Assembly (NCBI GenBank): GCA_005773635.1
Contig: SXHN01000079.1
Span: 36,568-100,567 of the forward strand
Reading direction: 5' to 3'
Source of the DNA: Actinomycetota bacterium
Lineage (GTDB): Bacteria > Actinomycetota > Acidimicrobiia > IMCC26256 > PALSA-610
DNA: 64,000 nucleotides
Shown here: piece after piece, positions 19,780 through 29,543 of the stretch
Layout: the number at the start of each line of letters is the position of its first letter
Numbering within the stretch: the first letter of the stretch is position 1
Position numbers and translations under genes: made by a program
Notes under the pieces: model-generated
Told to the model about the DNA's origin: nothing
Database searches by the model: none
Seen by the model: the letters and a program-made list of their open reading frames with translations, nothing else

Positions 19780-21245
19780 TGGGGGATTGTTTGAAGGATT
19801 TTGACAAAGTAGGAGGGGTATACGCCGAACGTAACAGCGTAGACAAGCACGGCCATGAGCCCCGTGTGCGCCACCACGATGAAGGCTCTCGGAATGCGAA
19901 GCCGTGGCACTGTAGGAATTGCGATCATCAGTAGCGGCAGCAGCGGAGCGAGGTAGCGGCCTTGCATGCCTGTGATTTCGAGTGAATCTTGAACTGTCAC
20001 CGTGTCGTACACGAACAAACTGAGCAACATGAACCCGGCGAGCAGCGCGAGCATCGCGGACATGAGGAATCGCTCGGTGCGGCTGAAATGAGCACGGTCT
20101 TGTTCCGGGGTTGAGAACCGGACGGCGAGTAACAGCAAGAAGCCTGCGAGCGAGAGCCACCACGGAGGCACCCACAGGCCGTAGTCGAATAGCGCGGTGG
20201 CTCCGATACGTTCGCCTTGGCGTGTGGCTGTATGCCAAGTCGCGGCAACGAAACGGCTCGGGTCGTCGCGTAATCGTTCCCACTGCAGTGTCGGGTCGAG
20301 CGTGCCAGGGTGTGGCAAGCCTCCGAGCATCTTCTCGATTGGTGATGCGTTTTCCGACCCGACGTAGGCGCCCAACACGAATCGATCGCTGAAGGCTGTA
20401 ATCCAAATACCACCGATGACCATGGTTGTCGCGACGACCGCAGCTACGAGCATCCGATGCGCACCTCGCGCTCGGAGCCAGGGAAGCGCGAAGACGCCAA
20501 TAACAAAGAAATACGGTGCTTTGGCATTGCCGAGTGCGAAGGCCGTCGCAAAAACTGCAAACCACTCGGTTCTGCTGATGGGCGCATCTCGCAGCTTGCG
20601 ATCACGAATGAGTAACGCCAAGCCAATGGCCGCGATTACCATCGCTACCGCGAAGGCATCAGGCGAGGCGTTCGCCGCAACGAACAGCGCGCTCGGGAAT
20701 ACGCCGATCCAGGCCAGTGGCCACTTCAGCACGGGCACGACTCTCAAGATTGCCGCGACAATCGCGACATAGAACAGTAGGTTGGCGATCCGCGCGAGTA
20801 TCAACAGGACGAGTGGCGACGCACCGAAAATACGACCAACGCCGATACCCACGGCACTCGGGATATGACCAGCGGGCGACAACGTGGCCATCGGGTACGA
20901 CACGAATTCATCCGGGCCGTCGGCGACAGCGTCATTCCATCGTTCCCAAGTGGCTGAGCGACGCTCGGTCCCACCAACCACTCGTAGTTTGGTCATCTCT
21001 TGTGTCAATCCGCTTGGAAGATCTGAGCCCACTCCGAATCCGCGCACTTCCAATATGAGGTCGCCTCGCGTGATGGCATAGGAACGTGCGAAGTGAGTTT
21101 GCTCGTCGTCTCCTGCGAAAGGGCGGGTTAAGACTGCGACCGCGAACCCAATAACGAGCGCGGTCACACAAAAGAAGCGGACGGGTGTGGCGAGTGATCT
21201 AACGCCCCGCGCGAGCTGGTGCGTCAAGGGCGTCACGGGGCGCAT
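19776..21245 (-). CDS. Polytopic membrane protein (DUF2142-like / putative GT-C glycosyltransferase)
   Basis: The product starting MRPVTPLTHQLARGVRSL has multiple TM helices. The ORF-track 5' extension (21246-21563) is Arg-rich junk. The gene is divergent from the epimerase gene, leaving only 45 nt between their start codons. Confidence 0.6.
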   Translation of the reverse strand: MRPVTPLTHQLARGVRSLATPVRFFCVTALVIGFAVAVLTRPFAGDDEQTHFARSYAITRGDLILEVRGFGVGSDLPSGLTQEMTKLRVVGGTERRSATWERWNDAVADGPDEFVSYPMATLSPAGHIPSAVGIGVGRIFGASPLVLLILARIANLLFYVAIVAAILRVVPVLKWPLAWIGVFPSALFVAANASPDAFAVAMVIAAIGLALLIRDRKLRDAPISRTEWFAVFATAFALGNAKAPYFFVIGVFALPWLRARGAHRMLVAAVVATTMVIGGIWITAFSDRFVLGAYVGSENASPIEKMLGGLPHPGTLDPTLQWERLRDDPSRFVAATWHTATRQGERIGATALFDYGLWVPPWWLSLAGFLLLLAVRFSTPEQDRAHFSRTERFLMSAMLALLAGFMLLSLFVYDTVTVQDSLEITGMQGRYLAPLLPLLMIAIPTVPRLRIPRAFIVVAHTGLMAVLVYAVTFGVYPSYFVKILQTIPQ

Positions 21246-21290
21246 CGTACTGTTATTCCCGGTCCTAAGCCTCGTATAGGGTTGGCGCTT

Positions 21291-22280
21291 ATGGCATCTC
21301 TCGACTCGGTGTTCGGCGGGCGCCGTGTGGTCGTGACGGGTGGCCTTGGGTTTATTGGCTCCAATCTTGCGATTCGCCTCAGTGCAGCCGACGCGAAGGT
21401 GACAATCGTCGACGCGTTGATTCCGCGCCACGGTGGTAATAAACGCAATGTCGATGGGTTCCCCGTCGACGTTGTCATTTCGGATATTGCCGATGCCACC
21501 ATGCTTGCGCCGATTCTTGCCAATGCGGAATTCGTGTTCAATCTCGCAGGGCAGGTGAGCCACATCGACTCGATGGAAGATCCACTCACGGATTTTGACC
21601 TCAACGCGCGGAGCCAGCTCGCGTTCCTCGAACTTCTGCGCCGCGTTACTCCCGAAGCTCGCGTCGTGTACGCATCAACCCGACAGATCTATGGGCGGCC
21701 CCGGTACCTCCCCGTTGATGAGCAACATCCGGTTGCGCCCGGCGATGTCAACGGCGTGTCGAAGTATGCAGCAGAACAGCTCCACATGTTGTATTCGTCG
21801 ATTCATTCGATGCGCACAACTGCGCTTCGCCTGACCAACACCTTTGGACCTCGCCAGCGTCTGCGAGGTGAACATATGGGCTTTATGCCGGTGTTCGTGG
21901 CTCGGGCACTTGAAAACCGCTCGATCACCGTGTTTGGCGACGGCTCCCAAGAACGGGACTGTCTGCACGTTGACGATGTCGTCGACTCGTTTCTGCTCGC
22001 GGCCCAGTCGGATGCCGCGATTGGGCAGGCGCTCAATATTGGTGGTGACGAACGATTTACGCTCGCTGATATCGCTAACTTGATCGTCGAAATCGCCGAC
22101 GCGGGAACGGTTGAATTTCGATCGTGGCCTCGCGAGCACGAACGTATCGATATTGGCTCTTACCAAGCCGACTCAGGTTTAGCGAAACAAATGCTTGGTT
22201 GGAACCCCAAGCTGCAACTCCGCGACGGGCTGCGATCCACGATCGACTATTACCGTGAACATCTGGGTTGGTATTTGTGA
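21291..22280 (+). CDS. NAD-dependent epimerase/dehydratase (extended SDR; nucleotide-sugar-modifying)
   Basis: GGLGFIGSNL Rossmann motif; the YxxxK catalytic pair in the VSKYAAE context. Confidence 0.85.
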   Translation: MASLDSVFGGRRVVVTGGLGFIGSNLAIRLSAADAKVTIVDALIPRHGGNKRNVDGFPVDVVISDIADATMLAPILANAEFVFNLAGQVSHIDSMEDPLTDFDLNARSQLAFLELLRRVTPEARVVYASTRQIYGRPRYLPVDEQHPVAPGDVNGVSKYAAEQLHMLYSSIHSMRTTALRLTNTFGPRQRLRGEHMGFMPVFVARALENRSITVFGDGSQERDCLHVDDVVDSFLLAAQSDAAIGQALNIGGDERFTLADIANLIVEIADAGTVEFRSWPREHERIDIGSYQADSGLAKQMLGWNPKLQLRDGLRSTIDYYREHLGWYL

Positions 22281-23338
22281 GCGAGGCGCTCATACCGGTC
22301 ACGAGTATTGCGCGACGGCTGGCACGACTCGAGCCGTCGATCGTTGCGGCCGCTACGCGTGTGGCTCGTTCGGGAACTGTTTTGTTAGGCCCCGAAACCG
22401 AAGCGTTTGAAGCCGAGTTCGCGCAGTACGTAGGTAAACAGCGATGCGTCGCAGTTGCATCAGGGACAGAAGCGCTCCGCCTTTCGCTGGTAGCCCTCGG
22501 TATAGGTCACGGCGACGAAGTGATCGTTCCTGCTTTCACCGCGGTGCCGACCGCAGCCTCGGTGTGTGCGACGGGCGCGACTCCGGTGTTTGTGGACGTT
22601 GACGAGTTCACGGGTGCGATCGATCATGAATCTTGCGCCGCCGCGATGAACAGCAAGACTCGAGCGGTCATAGTCGTGCATTTGTATGGGCGGCCTGCCC
22701 CGTTTCCTGAACTTGGCATTCCGATAATTAGTGATGCCGCGCATGCCCATGGTGCGCTGACGGGAGCGAACGGGCTCGATGCGGGGGCAACGCTGACTGC
22801 ATATTCCTTTTACCCAACCAAGAATCTGGGCGGCATGGGCGACGGTGGGGCCGTCGTGACCGACGACGAGGAACTCGCAGCCAAGGTCAGACTCCTGCGT
22901 ACTCACGGCATGACGGAGGGCTACGTCCATCGCGAAGTATCAACGAACGCTCGGATGTCGGAATTCGAAGCGGCGGTGTTGCGGTCGGCGCTCAGGGTGC
23001 TTGACGACGACAATCGCGCGCGCCGTCGGGTAGCCGAGCGCCTTCGCTTGGCGGCTCCTATGTTGCGGTGGCAAGAATCACACCCCGATCACGTATTTCA
23101 TTTGCTGGTGGCGCGCGTAGCGGATCGTGAGCGCTGGCGTGCTTCGCTAGGTTTCGCGACCGGTACGCATTACCCAGTTGCGCTCACTCGCCAGCCCGCG
23201 TACCAACGGTTTGTGCGTGCTGAGTGCCCTCGTGCTGAGGCCTGGGCTGAAGAATGCGTTTCGTTTCCGTGTTTTGCTGAACTGACATCGAGCGAGATCG
23301 CGGTCGTGGCCGAGTCGTTGGAGCGATGCCAATCATGA
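22268..23338 (+). CDS. DegT/DnrJ/EryC1/StrS-family PLP-dependent sugar aminotransferase
   Basis: Characteristic DegT fold with the lysine region SFYPTKNLGGMGDGGAV. The start overlaps the epimerase stop (GTGA at 22277-22280 or TTG at 22268). Confidence 0.85.
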   Translation: MVFVSEALIPVTSIARRLARLEPSIVAAATRVARSGTVLLGPETEAFEAEFAQYVGKQRCVAVASGTEALRLSLVALGIGHGDEVIVPAFTAVPTAASVCATGATPVFVDVDEFTGAIDHESCAAAMNSKTRAVIVVHLYGRPAPFPELGIPIISDAAHAHGALTGANGLDAGATLTAYSFYPTKNLGGMGDGGAVVTDDEELAAKVRLLRTHGMTEGYVHREVSTNARMSEFEAAVLRSALRVLDDDNRARRRVAERLRLAAPMLRWQESHPDHVFHLLVARVADRERWRASLGFATGTHYPVALTRQPAYQRFVRAECPRAEAWAEECVSFPCFAELTSSEIAVVAESLERCQS

Positions 23339-24078
23339 ACATGCCATCCAATCCAGCGGTGCAAAGTGTTTCAGCGTTCTTTCCTTGCTATAACGACGAA
23401 CTTTCAATCACGCAGATGGTCACGGGCGTTCACGAGACTCTCGAAAGGCTCGGCATTGATCACGATGTAACGGTGGTTGATGACGCTTCGGTCGATGGAT
23501 CACTCGGAGTATTGCGCGCCCTTGCAAGTGAAGTTGGCGAACTGCGGATCGTTGAACATTCGGCAAATCGTGGCTACGGTGGCGCGTTGCTTTCCGGATT
23601 CGCGGCAGCGCAGAAGCAGTGGGTTTTTTATACCGACGGCGATGCTCAGTACGATCCTCGTGAAATTGCACAGCTCATAGCGTTGGCAACCGACGATATT
23701 GATGTAGTGCAGGGCTACAAGATCCGGCGGTCTGATTCGCTAAAGCGGATTGTGATCGGCCGGGTGTATCACCACACGGTCGCAGTGATGTTCGGATTGC
23801 GTTTACGTGACGTTGATTGTGATTTCCGCCTTATGCGGCGCGAGGTTCTGGACACCATTCAGCTCAAAAATGCCAGCGGCGTGATTTGTGTTGAACTAAT
23901 GCGCAAACTGCAAGACGTCGACGCACGGATCGTGCAAACGCCCGTGTCGCACCTTGCACGCCCTCATGGTAGGTCGCAGTTTTTCCAACCCCGGCGAGTA
24001 GCCCGAAGTCTCTACGACCTCGTTCGGCTTTGGTTGTTGTTGGTTGTTGTCCCGAAGATGCGTTGGATCCGCACGTAG
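23326..24078 (+). CDS. Family-2 glycosyltransferase (DPM1/ArnC-like polyprenyl-phosphate sugar transferase)
   Basis: GT-A fold motifs: FFPCYNDE, VVDDASVDGS, and the D-x-D region in YTDGDAQ. Short, about 250 aa, typical of polyprenol-phosphate glycosyltransferases. Confidence 0.8.
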   Translation: MPIMNMPSNPAVQSVSAFFPCYNDELSITQMVTGVHETLERLGIDHDVTVVDDASVDGSLGVLRALASEVGELRIVEHSANRGYGGALLSGFAAAQKQWVFYTDGDAQYDPREIAQLIALATDDIDVVQGYKIRRSDSLKRIVIGRVYHHTVAVMFGLRLRDVDCDFRLMRREVLDTIQLKNASGVICVELMRKLQDVDARIVQTPVSHLARPHGRSQFFQPRRVARSLYDLVRLWLLLVVVPKMRWIRT

Positions 24079-24084
24079 CCGAAG

Positions 24085-24852
24085 CTAGGGCTGCAGCAGA
24101 CCGGTAGAGGCTCGTTGTGCAACAACAACCGCTGAGGTGCCAAACGGCAAATTGATTCGTCGCAGTATGTGGTGCTCCAATTCGGCGAGCTTTCGCATGA
24201 TTGGTGTCGCGATGCGGTCGGCTCTGCGGGCTTCTAGGTCGGAGCGTGGCGGTTGAGACGCACGTTTGCGTTTCACGATGCGCTGCGAACCGGCGATAAC
24301 GGCAGCCGGTGGGAAGAGAAAGGACTTCGCGTACGTAGAACGTGTGACCTGTAAGCCTGCGTTGACTGCGAGTCGTTCTAAGTCACCGGTTCGATAACGC
24401 CGGATTCCGTGCGTTAATACGTCGTGTTCGCGATGCAGTACGTTGAACGCGGGTTCAATGAACAACACTCGACCACCTGGACGCAATACGCGCGCGAATT
24501 CATTCACCGCAGTGCAGTCGTCATCGACGTGGTACAACACTGTTAGGGCCAGGACGAGGTCGACCGAGTGGTCAGCAATCGGTAGCGCAACGGCCGACGC
24601 CTGCAACGGAACCAACTCGGGGCGTCGAGTACGCACATATTCGAGCGCGATCGGTTCGTAGTCGAGCGCGATAACCGGCCCGTATTGTGCGAGCCACGCA
24701 CCGTTGCCTCCGGGACCGGCTCCCACGTCGAGGCTGACGATGCCGGGCTGCAGCGTCTCGACGAGAAGTTCGCGCAAGAGGCGACGCGTCGAGACGTACC
24801 ACCAATGGTGGTCTTCAGCCTGGGCAATGCGGTGGTATTCAGAGGAATCCAA
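24085..24852 (-). CDS. Class I SAM-dependent methyltransferase
   Basis: Motif I LDVGAGPGGNG and the post-I acidic residue region; Methyltransf_11-like. Confidence 0.8.
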   Translation of the reverse strand: MDSSEYHRIAQAEDHHWWYVSTRRLLRELLVETLQPGIVSLDVGAGPGGNGAWLAQYGPVIALDYEPIALEYVRTRRPELVPLQASAVALPIADHSVDLVLALTVLYHVDDDCTAVNEFARVLRPGGRVLFIEPAFNVLHREHDVLTHGIRRYRTGDLERLAVNAGLQVTRSTYAKSFLFPPAAVIAGSQRIVKRKRASQPPRSDLEARRADRIATPIMRKLAELEHHILRRINLPFGTSAVVVAQRASTGLLQP

Positions 24853-25026
24853 GGGTTTCTTACTAGTCGAAAATTAATGCAACGGGTTGATTGGCGCTCA
24901 CCTTTGAGAGACAGAACCGTTCGCCCGTTATGACTCCGGCTCCGGTTGAAAAGTCGTAGCGCGGCAAATCGAAATCATAACGATGCCCGCCTTGTGTCAC
25001 CGGGTTGGAACAGTTGGTGGAGTTGG

Positions 25027-25812
25027 TCATTTCAGTTCGGTGCGCAGGACACGGTACGTGCCCGCGGCAAGCGGGATCCAGACCCACCAGAAACTGGTCA
25101 CGAGGATTTGACCCCATGCTTCCCACGTCACTTCAGAACCGTCGAAGTCGAACAACGGCCCTTGGGCGGTTCCCGCGTCGATCCAAGGTGCCGCACCGCT
25201 GAGCCCTGGAACGATGTTCACGACGACGCCCATCAGAGTCGGAGCGATGAACGACAGGACAATTGCTGGTGCGCTATTGAGCAGGATTGTCCCGAATGCG
25301 AGGCCGCCGAGCAATCCGAGGATTTGTAACACGAAAACGTTGCGAATGACCGCTGCGTTTCCTGCCCAACTCCCGGCTTCATCAGTCAGCGTGCCACCAA
25401 TCACGTTGGCCAACGCTGCCAGCGTCAGCATGAACAAGATGGCACCGAATCCGAGCAAGAGAACCGCCACGATCTTCGAGGTCAGCACTCGCTGACGACT
25501 CGGCTCGAGCGTGAAGGTCGTGAGACCGGTGCGCTGGGACCACTCACTTGTAATGGCCAAAATGCCAAGCACCGGAAGGAGAAATCCTTGCGGTGTCCCT
25601 GCGACGAGTACGAGAGTCCTGAACTTGAGGTCTTCGGCTTTTGCAAACGCGACGAACAATGCGATTGCAATAAACGTGATTGCACCAATCGCGATCAGCA
25701 GCCATCGACCAGCACGAGTGTCGGTCGTTTTCCGAAGCTCTACTTTGACGAGCCGCGAGAACGGGATGGGCGTTCCTACGCGTGCGTTCGTCGATATCGT
25801 CGTCGCACTCAT
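25027..25812 (-). CDS. ABC-2-type transporter permease
   Basis: Six predicted TM helices; ABC-2 family architecture; 4-nt overlap with the upstream ATPase gene. Confidence 0.75.
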   Translation of the reverse strand: MSATTISTNARVGTPIPFSRLVKVELRKTTDTRAGRWLLIAIGAITFIAIALFVAFAKAEDLKFRTLVLVAGTPQGFLLPVLGILAITSEWSQRTGLTTFTLEPSRQRVLTSKIVAVLLLGFGAILFMLTLAALANVIGGTLTDEAGSWAGNAAVIRNVFVLQILGLLGGLAFGTILLNSAPAIVLSFIAPTLMGVVVNIVPGLSGAAPWIDAGTAQGPLFDFDGSEVTWEAWGQILVTSFWWVWIPLAAGTYRVLRTELK

Positions 25813-26708
25813 GGTGTCACCGCCTCCCGGCTGTCTTCGGCGGTCAATTGCATAAATACTTCTTCGAGCCCCTCGCTGTCGGCAGGTCGGAGTTCAACAA
25901 GTACAACGCCAGCCATCGCAGCGGCACGACCAACTTGTTCCGCAGTCCCGTCGACGATGAACGTGTTTTCGTCTCGCCGCGTGGCCGCCAGACTCGCGGC
26001 CATGATTGCAGTACCCAAAGCCTCGGGATCGAGACCTCGCACCAATGTTCCTGCGTTTGCAAGCATGTCGGTCTTCGAACCCTGCGCCACGATTTTGCCG
26101 CGGCCGATGACTACTAGCTCGTCGGCGATGACCTCGATCTCGTGCAACAGGTGCGACGACAACAACACCGTCCCGCCTTGTTCCGCGAAGCCACGCAGTA
26201 GGCCGCGCATCCAGCGAATGCCCATAGGGTCGAGACCGTTCGCAGGTTCGTCGAGCACCAACACTTCAGGCGCCCCCAAGAGTGCGTGTGCGATGCCTAA
26301 CCGTTGACGCATCCCGAGGGAATAGTTCGCGACGCGACGTTTCGCTTCGGTCGGCGTCAAGGCCACAACCTCAAGCATCTCGTCGACTCGCTCCGTGGGT
26401 AACCCCATCACCAACGCACCAAGCGTCAGGATTTCTCGACCGGTGCGCCCTGCGTGTTGGGCCGACGCGTCGAGCAAAATTCCGACTCGAGTGCCAGGGT
26501 TGCCGATGCTCGCATACGGGACGCCGAAGATGGTGGAAGTGCCGCTCGTAGGTGGGGTAAGCCCACACATCATGCGCATCGTCGTAGATTTTCCGGCGCC
26601 GTTTGGACCAAGAAATCCAGTCACGGTCCCCGGACGCGCCGAAAACGACACGCGGTCTACTGCGATGAAATCGCCGTAGCGCTTCGTGAGTTCGCGGACT
26701 TCGATCAT
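25809..26708 (-). CDS. ABC transporter ATP-binding protein
   Basis: Walker A GPNGAGKST, the LSGGQ-like YSLGMRQRL signature, Walker B LVLDEP, and the H-loop. Confidence 0.85.
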   Translation of the reverse strand: MIEVRELTKRYGDFIAVDRVSFSARPGTVTGFLGPNGAGKSTTMRMMCGLTPPTSGTSTIFGVPYASIGNPGTRVGILLDASAQHAGRTGREILTLGALVMGLPTERVDEMLEVVALTPTEAKRRVANYSLGMRQRLGIAHALLGAPEVLVLDEPANGLDPMGIRWMRGLLRGFAEQGGTVLLSSHLLHEIEVIADELVVIGRGKIVAQGSKTDMLANAGTLVRGLDPEALGTAIMAASLAATRRDENTFIVDGTAEQVGRAAAMAGVVLVELRPADSEGLEEVFMQLTAEDSREAVTP

Positions 26709-26734
26709 GGCTGTCCTTTGTGCACGTGTAGTTG

Positions 26735-27958
26735 TTAGCGCGGTACTTGGCTCCACGGCAACGTCTTGTCGACGCGTGGTTCTCCAGGAAGACCGAGGAT
26801 TCGTTCGCCCAAGATGTTGCGCATGATTTCGCTTGTACCGCCCTCGATTGAGTTCGCGCGGGCTCGCAAGAACATGTGGCGGCTTGCTCCGGGCACGCCT
26901 TCAAGGCCGACGTCGGTAGGGCGACGGAACGTGAAGTCGAATCCGTCGAGTGCGCGCGCTCCGAGCAGATTCATGCAGAGTTCGTAGATTTTTTGATGGT
27001 TGATCGCAAGTGCGAGCTTGGCGATCGAACCTTCGGGGCCGGGGTTTCCCGATCGTGCTGCAGCTACTGCTCGCAAGTTGGTGAGCCGCAATACTTCGGC
27101 GTCTACCCAACCTTTCATCAGCTGGTCTTTACGCGCCGGCGACTGTGTGGTTGCCTCGTCGTTCCAGATGCGCACGGCTTCCGCGATGGCCCCAGCACCG
27201 CGCTTCGGGCCTCCGCCACCGCCGCCTCCACCACCGATGGAGGTACGTTCATTCGCAAGGGTGGTAAGTGAAACTCCCCACCCTTCGCCTACAGCACCGA
27301 TGCGATAGCTGTCGGGGATGCGAGCGTCGGTGAGGTACACCTCGTTGAATTCCGCTTCGCCGGTGATTTGCCGTAGCGGTCGTACCTCTACTCCTGGTTG
27401 GTGCATGTCGACCGCGAAGTAGGTCATGCCTTTGTGCTTTGGCGTTTCGGGGTCGGTACGCGTGACGAGCATTCCAAAATCGGCGAGGTGTGCGAGCGTG
27501 TTCCAAACTTTCTGACCGTTCACCACCCATTCCTCACCGTCTCGTTCGGCACGAGTGGCGAGCGACGCGAGGTCCGACCCCGCGCCCGGTTCGCTGAAGA
27601 GCTGGCACCACACTTCTTCGCCAGTAAACATTGGGCGTAGAAATCGTTGTTTCGCCCATTCGCTGCCGTGGGTCACGATCGTTGGTGCCACTAAGAACAA
27701 ACCGAAAAAGAGTTTGCTTTCGCCGCCCGGCGCGCCAGCGGCGCGTACTCGCCGGTCTACCTCGCGTTGCAAGCCCGGGCGGACGCCGAGCCCGCCGTAG
27801 CCGGCTGGGAAGCTGATCCAGGCAAGACCCTTGTCGAACTGTGCGCCTCGAAATGTGAAACTGTCGACCTTCGCGGGATCACATTCGGCGAGGAGTTCTT
27901 CGGTCAGAGCAATCACTCGTTGAGTATCGGCGTCGACTTCGCTGGCAGTTGTATGCAT
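26735..27958 (-). CDS. Acyl-CoA dehydrogenase
   Basis: ACAD N-terminal, middle and C-terminal domains (GAQFDKGLAW..., FSEPGAGSDL, ...IEGGTSEIMRN). The start is set at MHTTASE to avoid overlapping the divergent plsY. Confidence 0.8.
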   Translation of the reverse strand: MHTTASEVDADTQRVIALTEELLAECDPAKVDSFTFRGAQFDKGLAWISFPAGYGGLGVRPGLQREVDRRVRAAGAPGGESKLFFGLFLVAPTIVTHGSEWAKQRFLRPMFTGEEVWCQLFSEPGAGSDLASLATRAERDGEEWVVNGQKVWNTLAHLADFGMLVTRTDPETPKHKGMTYFAVDMHQPGVEVRPLRQITGEAEFNEVYLTDARIPDSYRIGAVGEGWGVSLTTLANERTSIGGGGGGGGGPKRGAGAIAEAVRIWNDEATTQSPARKDQLMKGWVDAEVLRLTNLRAVAAARSGNPGPEGSIAKLALAINHQKIYELCMNLLGARALDGFDFTFRRPTDVGLEGVPGASRHMFLRARANSIEGGTSEIMRNILGERILGLPGEPRVDKTLPWSQVPR

Positions 27959-27983
27959 GGCGTTGAGCGTAGGCTCCGAGCGC

Positions 27984-28583
27984 ATGACTGCGCTCAGCGT
28001 GGCCGCGGCTGGTGCGGTCGGATATTTCTGCGGAACGTTCCCGACGGCCGACCTCGTCACGCGGATCGCCACCAAGGGTGCGATGAACTTGCGGTCACAA
28101 GGCAGCGGGAATCCGGGCGCGACCAACGCCGCCAAAGTGCTCGGCACCAAGTGGGGTCTTGTTGTGTTGACCGTCGACATCGCGAAGGGCGTCGCCGCGG
28201 GATTTGCAGGAATGGCGATTGGCGGCGACTCGGGCGGCTACCTGGCAGCCACATTGTCGATTGCGGGGCATATTTTTCCAGTCTGGAGCCGTTTCCAGGG
28301 GGGCAAAGGGGTTGCAACGTCTGCCGGTGCGTGTTTGGCAGTGTTTCCTTTGTATTTCCCGATTGATTTGGCTGTCGCTGCGATTGGCGCGGTGGCGGCA
28401 AAGAAGGCCGAACGAGCGACCCAGATCAGCGGCGTGGTGTGGACCGGCGCTGCGCTGTTGTGGTGGCGCGCGGACCTTCCGAACGCTTGGGGACCCGACC
28501 CGAGTTGGGGGCTGTTGGCATTCGCGGCAATCAGCACAACAATGATTCTCGGAAAATTCTTGCACGCCCGACAGACGGCTTGA
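27984..28583 (+). CDS. plsY: Glycerol-3-phosphate acyltransferase PlsY
   Basis: The diagnostic GSGNPGATN motif and five TM helices. Confidence 0.85.
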   Translation: MTALSVAAAGAVGYFCGTFPTADLVTRIATKGAMNLRSQGSGNPGATNAAKVLGTKWGLVVLTVDIAKGVAAGFAGMAIGGDSGGYLAATLSIAGHIFPVWSRFQGGKGVATSAGACLAVFPLYFPIDLAVAAIGAVAAKKAERATQISGVVWTGAALLWWRADLPNAWGPDPSWGLLAFAAISTTMILGKFLHARQTA

Positions 28584-28585
28584 AC

Positions 28586-29410
28586 ATGAAGATCGCGCTC
28601 GTTACAGACTCCAACGCTCAACTCCCTGCTCAGCTACGCGAGCGCTACAACATTCAAGTAGTGCCGCTTGGCATTACCCTCGACGGTTTGCCCTACAAAG
28701 AAGGCGTCGATGTCACGTCTGAAGAGTTCTATGCGCGACTCGCGCAAGGCGCCAATGTATCGACGAGCGCGCCGTCGCCGGGCGACGTTCTGGAACTGTA
28801 CGAAGCGGCCGCTGCAGATGGTGCGGACGCCGTACTGTCAATTCACGTCGGATCAAATACCTCGGCGACCTTGAATTCGGTCAAGATCGCGCAAGGCCTA
28901 TCGCCCATTCCCGTTTCTATCGTTGACACTGGAACTGCCTCATTCGCAATCGGCTGCTGCGTGTGGGCGGCTGCCGACTCGTTGGCTGCAGGGCACTCGT
29001 TGGCCGACGCAGTGCAGCGAGCCCAAGACGTGGCTGCCACGGTCGGCAATGTGTTCATCGTCGGCGCACTCGATCTTGCCGAGCGCGGTGGCCGGCTCGC
29101 CGCGGTCGAGCGTGATTCGACGTTGCCCGTGCTGGCATTGGAATCGGGCCAGATGCGTCCCGTTGGGAGCGTTGTAGATCAAGACGCAGCTGTGGATGCG
29201 ATGTGTGAATACGTTGTTGATCGGTCGGAGCACAGATTGCAGTGTGTGGGTGTCGGCAATGCTGGGAGCGAGCCGCTCACACTGCAGCTCATCGAACGGT
29301 TAGTTGCCTCGGGGATTGCTTCGGAGATCGTGCGCTACGAAATCGGTCCCTCGGTTGGCGCGCATACTGGTCTCGGAACGGTTGGCTGCGTGTTTTTTCC
29401 GAAGGATTGA
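28586..29410 (+). CDS. DegV-family fatty-acid-binding protein
   Basis: DegV fold (MKIALVTDSNAQLP...); follows plsY by 3 nt. Confidence 0.85.
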   Translation: MKIALVTDSNAQLPAQLRERYNIQVVPLGITLDGLPYKEGVDVTSEEFYARLAQGANVSTSAPSPGDVLELYEAAAADGADAVLSIHVGSNTSATLNSVKIAQGLSPIPVSIVDTGTASFAIGCCVWAAADSLAAGHSLADAVQRAQDVAATVGNVFIVGALDLAERGGRLAAVERDSTLPVLALESGQMRPVGSVVDQDAAVDAMCEYVVDRSEHRLQCVGVGNAGSEPLTLQLIERLVASGIASEIVRYEIGPSVGAHTGLGTVGCVFFPKD

Positions 29411-29543
29411 AATGCCAACGAATACCGCAGCCTTGGCAGTTCGACGTGGCGAAATATCCCTTTCGTTCTTCAGGTTTGCGCAGGTAATGCCAGATCACTG
29501 GCCTCTTCACAGAATCTTCGGATTTCGTTGCCGATGAATCACT

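Noticed and set aside
19780-20565. N-terminal 262 aa of the 720-aa ORF 18403-20565
   Set aside because: Arg/Cys-rich, non-protein-like composition, completely overlapping the neighbouring membrane-protein gene. The real gene starts at MIMTNSR (ATG 19779), with an ATGA overlap.
21246-21563. N-terminal 106 aa of ORF 19776-21563
   Set aside because: Arg/His-rich artefact overlapping the divergent epimerase gene; the hydrophobic, protein-like sequence begins at MRPVTPL (21245).
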